The position numbers and the translations under genes are program-made. Below are positions 38,710 through 43,292 of a stretch of DNA of 43,292 nucleotides, piece by piece (the first letter of the stretch is position 1; every line of letters begins with the position of its first letter). A model generated the notes under the pieces. That model saw only the letters and a program-made list of their open reading frames with translations. It was not told the origin of the DNA and searched no databases. The stretch comes from an uncultured Chryseobacterium sp. (GTDB lineage Bacteria > Bacteroidota > Bacteroidia > Flavobacteriales_F > PHOS-HE28). Location of the stretch: positions 1-43,292 of the forward strand of contig CAZLGY010000005.1 in the NCBI GenBank assembly GCA_964559165.1, given 5' to 3'.

Positions 38710-38803
38710 GCCGCAAAGGTGAACAACGCGGAGCATAGGACGGTGCCCATCGCGTACTTGGAGGACGGCCGCTCCTTACTTTGTGTCACCAACGGCCCGC
38801 CAC

Positions 38804-39247
38804 ATGACCCTGCGCTACCTCATCGCCACCGTTCACCTGCTGCTGCTGGCCATCGGTTTTGCGGCGGTGTATGCGCGCTGGCGGGCGCTGCGTGACCTGC
38901 GGGGCAACGAAGGGTTGCGTGCGGTGTTCATGGCGGACAACTGGTACGGCGTTGCGGCGGTCGGGTGGGTGGCCACCGGATCGTGGCGTGCGTTCGGCGG
39001 CTTGGAGAAGGGCACCGACCACTACCTGGAGAGCCATTGGTTCATGGGCAAGATGGGGCTCTTCGGACTGGTGTTCCTGCTGGAACTGCTGCCCATGGTC
39101 ACGTTGGTACGCTGGCGCCTTGCTTTGAAAAAGGGGGGCGGTCCTGACATCTCCAAGGCCCCCCTGCTGGCGCGCCTCACGTTCGCGCAACTGCCATTGC
39201 TGCTGGTGATGGTGGCCATGGCGACCGCCCTGGCCAGGGGCCTGTAG
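38804..39247 (+). CDS. four-TM membrane protein (DUF2214-like)
   Basis: Four hydrophobic helices in about 147 aa. The start at ATG 38804 lies 23 nt after a near-consensus box TTACTTTG; the track ORF starts at GTG 38783. Confidence 0.6.
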   Translation: MTLRYLIATVHLLLLAIGFAAVYARWRALRDLRGNEGLRAVFMADNWYGVAAVGWVATGSWRAFGGLEKGTDHYLESHWFMGKMGLFGLVFLLELLPMVTLVRWRLALKKGGGPDISKAPLLARLTFAQLPLLLVMVAMATALARGL

Positions 39248-39342
39248 GATGCACCGATGCACTACGCGGATACCGCCATCCCGCTAACTTTCGCCCTGCG
39301 CCGCCGTGCCAGCGGCGGCAGCCCCAACGTATCCATCACCGC

Positions 39343-42291
39343 ATGATCATTCCCGCCCCAGCCCTGCGTCACCTGTTCCTGCTGGCCACCTGCTGCCTCG
39401 CACTACTGGCCAGTGCACAACCCTATGTGCTGCGCGGCACGGTCACCGACAGCAACACGGGCGAGACCATCATCGGTGCCAACGTGCTCATCAAGGGTAC
39501 CACCACGGGTACCATCACCGACCTCGACGGCAGGTTCGAGCTGAAGGTGAGCGAGCTGCCACCTTACACGCTGGTGGTGAGCTTCATCGGCTATGCCCCG
39601 CAGGAGGTGGCGGTGAAGAGCCTGGACCAGCAGTTGAAGTTCAGGTTGAGCACGGACCAGGTGTTGCTCAAGGAGGCGGAGGTCATCGGCAGCCGCATCA
39701 CCGAAAAGCAGAAGCAGGCGCCGTTGACGGTGGAGACCATGGATGTGATCGCCATCCGTGAGGCACCGAGCGGCGACTTCTACGAGAGCCTGGGCACCCT
39801 GAAGGGGGTGGACATGACGGCCGCGAGCATGGGCTTCAAGGTCATCAACACGCGGGGCTTCAACAGCACCAGCCCGGTGCGCAGCCTGCAGCTGATCGAT
39901 GGGGTGGACAACCAGAGCCCCGGCCTGAACTTCTCACTGGGTAATTTCCTGGGGGCGAGCGACCTCGACGTGATGAAGGTGGACATCGTGGCCGGGGCCA
40001 GCACCGCCTTCTTCGGGCCCGGCGCCTTCAACGGGGTGATCAACATGACCACGAAAAGCCCCTGGCAGTTCCCGGGGTTGAGCGTGAGCGCCAAGGCCGG
40101 TGAGCGGGAGATGATGGAAGGGGCCGTGCGGTGGGCACAGGTGTTCAAGAACAAGGCCGGCAAGGACAAGTTCGCCTACAAACTGAACCTGTTCGCCATG
40201 CAGGCCGAGGACTGGTATGCCGAGAACTATGAGGCCACCAGCAACTCCCCGAGCGCCATCGGAAACCCCGGCAGGTATGATGGAGTGAACACCTACGGCG
40301 ACGAGAACACCACGGTCAACAACGATTACACCCGCGATATCGGGGACCGCAGGAACTACCACGGACTGGGGCTCTTCCTGCGGCCTGGCTACCGGGAGGT
40401 GGACCTTGTGGACTATGGGACGAACAACCTCAAAGCAGGCGTATCGCTGCACTACAAGCTCACGGACAGCATCGAGGTGATAGCAGGCAGCAACTATAGC
40501 CGCGGAAGCACCGTGTACCAGGGGGACAACCGCTATCGCCTGGAGAACATCCAGTTCTGGCAGCAGCGACTGGAACTGCGCCAGGAGGGCAAGTGGTTCG
40601 TGCGCGGCTACCTCACGGCCGAGGATGCCGGTGATACCTACGACATCTTCACCACCGGACTTCGCCTGCAAGAGGCCAGCGGAAGCACCCAGGACTGGAA
40701 CGTGGAGTACTTCAACCTGTGGGACAGCTGGATCGGATCGGCCCTGAACCCAGGTCTGCTGAACGCAACGGTCCCCTCCTACCTCACACCAAGTGAAGCC
40801 ATCGCACAGGGCGTGATCTCCAGTGCTGCCGGTTACGATGCGTACATCACGCAGTTCGTAGCCGACAACCAGGAACTCTATACGATGTACCACCAGATGG
40901 TAGCCGACTCGGTGAACGCCATCAATAACGCCCGCCTCGATCCCGCCTACATCGTAGGCACCGACCGCTTCGATGCCAAACGGGAGGATATCATCAGCAG
41001 GCGCTTCACAGAAGGGGGCTCGCTCTTTTTCGACCGTTCACGACTGGCACATGCCATGGGGGAATACCGCTTCAATGTTGGAACACCGAGGTGGAGAGAG
41101 GACTTTAATGCCAGTGCTGAATTGGTGGTCGGCGGGAATTTCCGCCAATACCTGCCCAATACGGCCGGCACCATCTTCCGCGACACGGCAGATGTGGAGA
41201 TCCGCAACCGCGAGTTCGGGGTGTTCACCGGTTTGGAGACGAAGTTCTTCGACAACAAGCTGAAAAGCACAGCCACCGTGCGCGTGGACAAGAACCAGAA
41301 CTTCGATGCGGTGGTCTCCCCCGCCCTGTCCTTCGTATACAGCCCCACGGATCTGCGCACGTTCAGGATCTCCTTCAGCAGCGCGGTGCGCAACCCCACC
41401 CTGGCCGACCAGTACTTCTACTACAATGTGGGAAGGGCCATCCTGCTGGGCAATTTGGACGGCCAGTTCGAGGAGGGACGGGACAGCCTCATCACCATCG
41501 AGAGCTTCAACGCTTACCGCTCCTCCGCCAGTCTTATCCAAGGCTTGGACCAGCTGGACTATTTCAATGTGGACCGCATCAGGCCCGAACAGGCACGCAC
41601 CATCGAGGCCGGCTACCGCGGCACGCATTGGGAAAAGATCTACTTCGACCTGAGCGCCTACCACAGCTGGTATACCGACTTCATCGGCTACGTCATCGGT
41701 CTATCTGCGGACTTCGACCCCATCAATGCCTTCCCCATCGGAGGCATCCAAGCCTACCGGCTTGCAGCCAATGCCACCGGCCAGGTGCGCACCCAAGGCG
41801 CCAACCTGGGGGTGAACTACTACCGCAAGAAGATGACCTACGCGGCCAACTTCAGTTACAACGAACTGGTGAGCGGCGAGGACGACCCGATCATCCCGGC
41901 CTTCAACACGCCGCAGAACAAGTTCAACGTGAGCTTTACGGGTCATGACATGAAGATCCCCTTCACCGACAAGCAGAACCTGGGCTTCGGCATCAACTAC
42001 AAGTTCATCGAGGGCTTCGAATTCACCGGCAGCCCGCAATTCACCGGCCGGATCCCCAGCTACGACATGGTGGACGCACAGGTGAACGTGAAGTTCCCGC
42101 AACAGAACCTGACGGTGAAGGTGGGTGGCAGCAACCTCTTCGGTCTGGTGCCCTTGTTCGACGAACGGGTGCCCGACGCAGAGCGGATGGACCGGATGTG
42201 GAACAACGAGGTGTACATGGTCTTCGGCGGTCCGCGCGTGGGGCGCCTGGCCTATGTGCAGCTCATCTACGAGCTCGACCGGCGGAAGTGA
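39343..42291 (+). CDS. TonB-dependent outer-membrane receptor with N-terminal CarboxypepD_reg domain
   Basis: Signal peptide, then YVLRGTVTDSNTGETIIGANVLIKGTTTGTITDLDGRFEL (CarboxypepD_reg), plug (..INTRGFNS..LIDGVDN..) and a long beta-barrel ending in an aromatic-rich C-terminus. No SusD-like gene follows. Confidence 0.9.
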   Translation: MIIPAPALRHLFLLATCCLALLASAQPYVLRGTVTDSNTGETIIGANVLIKGTTTGTITDLDGRFELKVSELPPYTLVVSFIGYAPQEVAVKSLDQQLKFRLSTDQVLLKEAEVIGSRITEKQKQAPLTVETMDVIAIREAPSGDFYESLGTLKGVDMTAASMGFKVINTRGFNSTSPVRSLQLIDGVDNQSPGLNFSLGNFLGASDLDVMKVDIVAGASTAFFGPGAFNGVINMTTKSPWQFPGLSVSAKAGEREMMEGAVRWAQVFKNKAGKDKFAYKLNLFAMQAEDWYAENYEATSNSPSAIGNPGRYDGVNTYGDENTTVNNDYTRDIGDRRNYHGLGLFLRPGYREVDLVDYGTNNLKAGVSLHYKLTDSIEVIAGSNYSRGSTVYQGDNRYRLENIQFWQQRLELRQEGKWFVRGYLTAEDAGDTYDIFTTGLRLQEASGSTQDWNVEYFNLWDSWIGSALNPGLLNATVPSYLTPSEAIAQGVISSAAGYDAYITQFVADNQELYTMYHQMVADSVNAINNARLDPAYIVGTDRFDAKREDIISRRFTEGGSLFFDRSRLAHAMGEYRFNVGTPRWREDFNASAELVVGGNFRQYLPNTAGTIFRDTADVEIRNREFGVFTGLETKFFDNKLKSTATVRVDKNQNFDAVVSPALSFVYSPTDLRTFRISFSSAVRNPTLADQYFYYNVGRAILLGNLDGQFEEGRDSLITIESFNAYRSSASLIQGLDQLDYFNVDRIRPEQARTIEAGYRGTHWEKIYFDLSAYHSWYTDFIGYVIGLSADFDPINAFPIGGIQAYRLAANATGQVRTQGANLGVNYYRKKMTYAANFSYNELVSGEDDPIIPAFNTPQNKFNVSFTGHDMKIPFTDKQNLGFGINYKFIEGFEFTGSPQFTGRIPSYDMVDAQVNVKFPQQNLTVKVGGSNLFGLVPLFDERVPDAERMDRMWNNEVYMVFGGPRVGRLAYVQLIYELDRRK

Positions 42292-42372
42292 TCCGGCACG
42301 GCGTGCCGAGTGTCAGGTCATGTACCGGACAAGAGCGTTATATTCGGCACAACTTTCAGCAAATCCGACCCC

Positions 42373-43292
42373 ATGAAACGAACCTTACACCTGGCCCTGG
42401 CCTGTGCGGGGGTGTCCATCGGCATCACCGCCAGCGCCCAACGCTACGTCACTGAGGTGTTCAACAACGACCAGATCGTTGTGACACCCGACGTGATCTA
42501 TGGCACCAACATCGACTTCCTGACCTCGAACCTCGGCACCCCGAACCTGGTGGCGGAGATCACGGCACTGCAGACCGCAGTGTCCACGGGGCAGTCCATC
42601 CCAGCTTCCTTCTTCAATCCGGGTGATCCTGCAACTGGTCTTAAGGTGACCAACCTGCGCATGGACGTGTACCAGCCCGACCCGAGCGTGGACGAGGTGG
42701 AAGCCCGTCCGGTGGTGCTCTATCTCCACACCGGCAATGCGTTGCCTCCCCCGGTGAACGGCAGCCCCAACGGTACCCGCAAGGACAGCACCGCCGTGGA
42801 GATGTGCAAGCAGTTCGCCCGCCGCGGCTACGTGGCCATCAGCATGAGCTACCGCCTTGGCTGGAACCCGCTCGCCCCCACGGAGCAGCAGCGTCGCGGC
42901 CAGTTGCTCAACGCCATCTACCGGGCGTTGCACGATGTCCGCCATTGCTTGCGCAGCCTCAAGCAGGGCGCGCTGGCAGGTACCAATCCCTACGGCATCT
43001 GCCCCGACCGCATCATCGTGGTAGGCGAAGGCACCGGTGGTTACATCTCTTTGGCCAACGCCACGTTGGATGAACCTGCAGAGCTCTACATTGAGAAGTT
43101 CCGGCCCGATCCCTTCAACCCCAACGTGAGCTACGTGGACAGCACGCAGGTGGGCAACATCCACGGCCTGGGTGGCAACCTGAACCTTTACCGCCCCAAC
43201 GGTTTCGACTACGAGACCCAGTTCTGCGTGAACCTGGGCGGCGCACTGGCCGACACCAGCTGGCTGGCACCCGGCGACCCCGCCATGGTGGC
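42373..43292 (+). CDS. secreted alpha/beta-hydrolase (esterase)-like protein, 3' end outside the window
   Basis: Manual translation of frame +1 from ATG 42373 shows no stop before the window edge. The signal peptide is MKRTLHLALACAGVSIGITASAQ. The esterase-like layout is VVLYLHTGN ... GYVAISMSYRLG ... DRIIVVGEGTGGYISLA. Third codon positions are strongly G/C-biased. It is absent from the ORF track because the reading frame is open-ended. Confidence 0.7.
   Translation, partial: MKRTLHLALACAGVSIGITASAQRYVTEVFNNDQIVVTPDVIYGTNIDFLTSNLGTPNLVAEITALQTAVSTGQSIPASFFNPGDPATGLKVTNLRMDVYQPDPSVDEVEARPVVLYLHTGNALPPPVNGSPNGTRKDSTAVEMCKQFARRGYVAISMSYRLGWNPLAPTEQQRRGQLLNAIYRALHDVRHCLRSLKQGALAGTNPYGICPDRIIVVGEGTGGYISLANATLDEPAELYIEKFRPDPFNPNVSYVDSTQVGNIHGLGGNLNLYRPNGFDYETQFCVNLGGALADTSWLAPGDPAMV

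Noticed and set aside
42294-42308. 6-bp hairpin CGGCAC-ggc-GTGCCG just after the TonB-receptor stop. A 7-bp GC hairpin (GCCGCCG..CGGCGGC) also lies in the receptor leader around 39301-39320.
   Set aside because: Both stems are short, neither has a U-tract, and such GC hairpins are common by chance in GC-rich DNA. The evidence is insufficient for a terminator or riboswitch call, and the 95-nt leader is too short for a cobalamin or other large riboswitch.

Overview
This is a densely packed, high-G+C chromosomal segment whose content points to Bacteroidota. The evidence is a T9SS C-terminal sorting domain, a CarboxypepD_reg-type TonB-dependent receptor, the rpmB-rpmG-DUF4295-ftsY-rimO gene string, TAnnTTTG -7 boxes shortly upstream of start codons, and almost no Shine-Dalgarno sequences. 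I can support about 37 protein genes, and most are housekeeping. They cover RNA, translation and division (rny, zapA, rimO, ftsY, rpmB, rpmG, miaE, an S4-domain protein, a beta-CASP RNase-like hydrolase), nucleotide and cofactor metabolism (guaA, cinA, kynA) and redox functions (bshC, oxyR, a CxxCH haem-binding protein). Envelope and secreted functions include M23 and LysM proteins, three M16 peptidase genes, a 1270-1300 aa LTD/Calx-beta T9SS protein, a TonB receptor, esterase-like proteins and a lipid desaturase. I found no rRNA, tRNA, CRISPR array, transposase or integrase, toxin-antitoxin pair or recognisable defence module. I cannot point to a convincing new multi-gene system, so this looks like core genome rather than an accessory island. 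The best leads are local. (1) ftsY appears to lack about 17 conserved residues right after the DTAGR motif. (2) A 51-aa Lys-rich DUF4295 ORF, below the ORF-track cutoff, sits inside the ribosomal-protein/ftsY string. (3) An oxyR-miaE divergent pair carries an ATAG-N7-CTAT operator-like palindrome. (4) A ZapB-like coiled-coil gene heads a zapA-rny string. (5) A secreted esterase-like protein next to the TonB receptor has a degenerate nucleophile elbow (GEGTGG). (6) bshC is predicted to be nearly leaderless. Many long ORFs antisense to real genes are high-GC artefacts, and several track ORFs have spurious N-terminal extensions. I re-set those starts where a signal peptide, family length, a stop/start overlap or a -7 box supported it.
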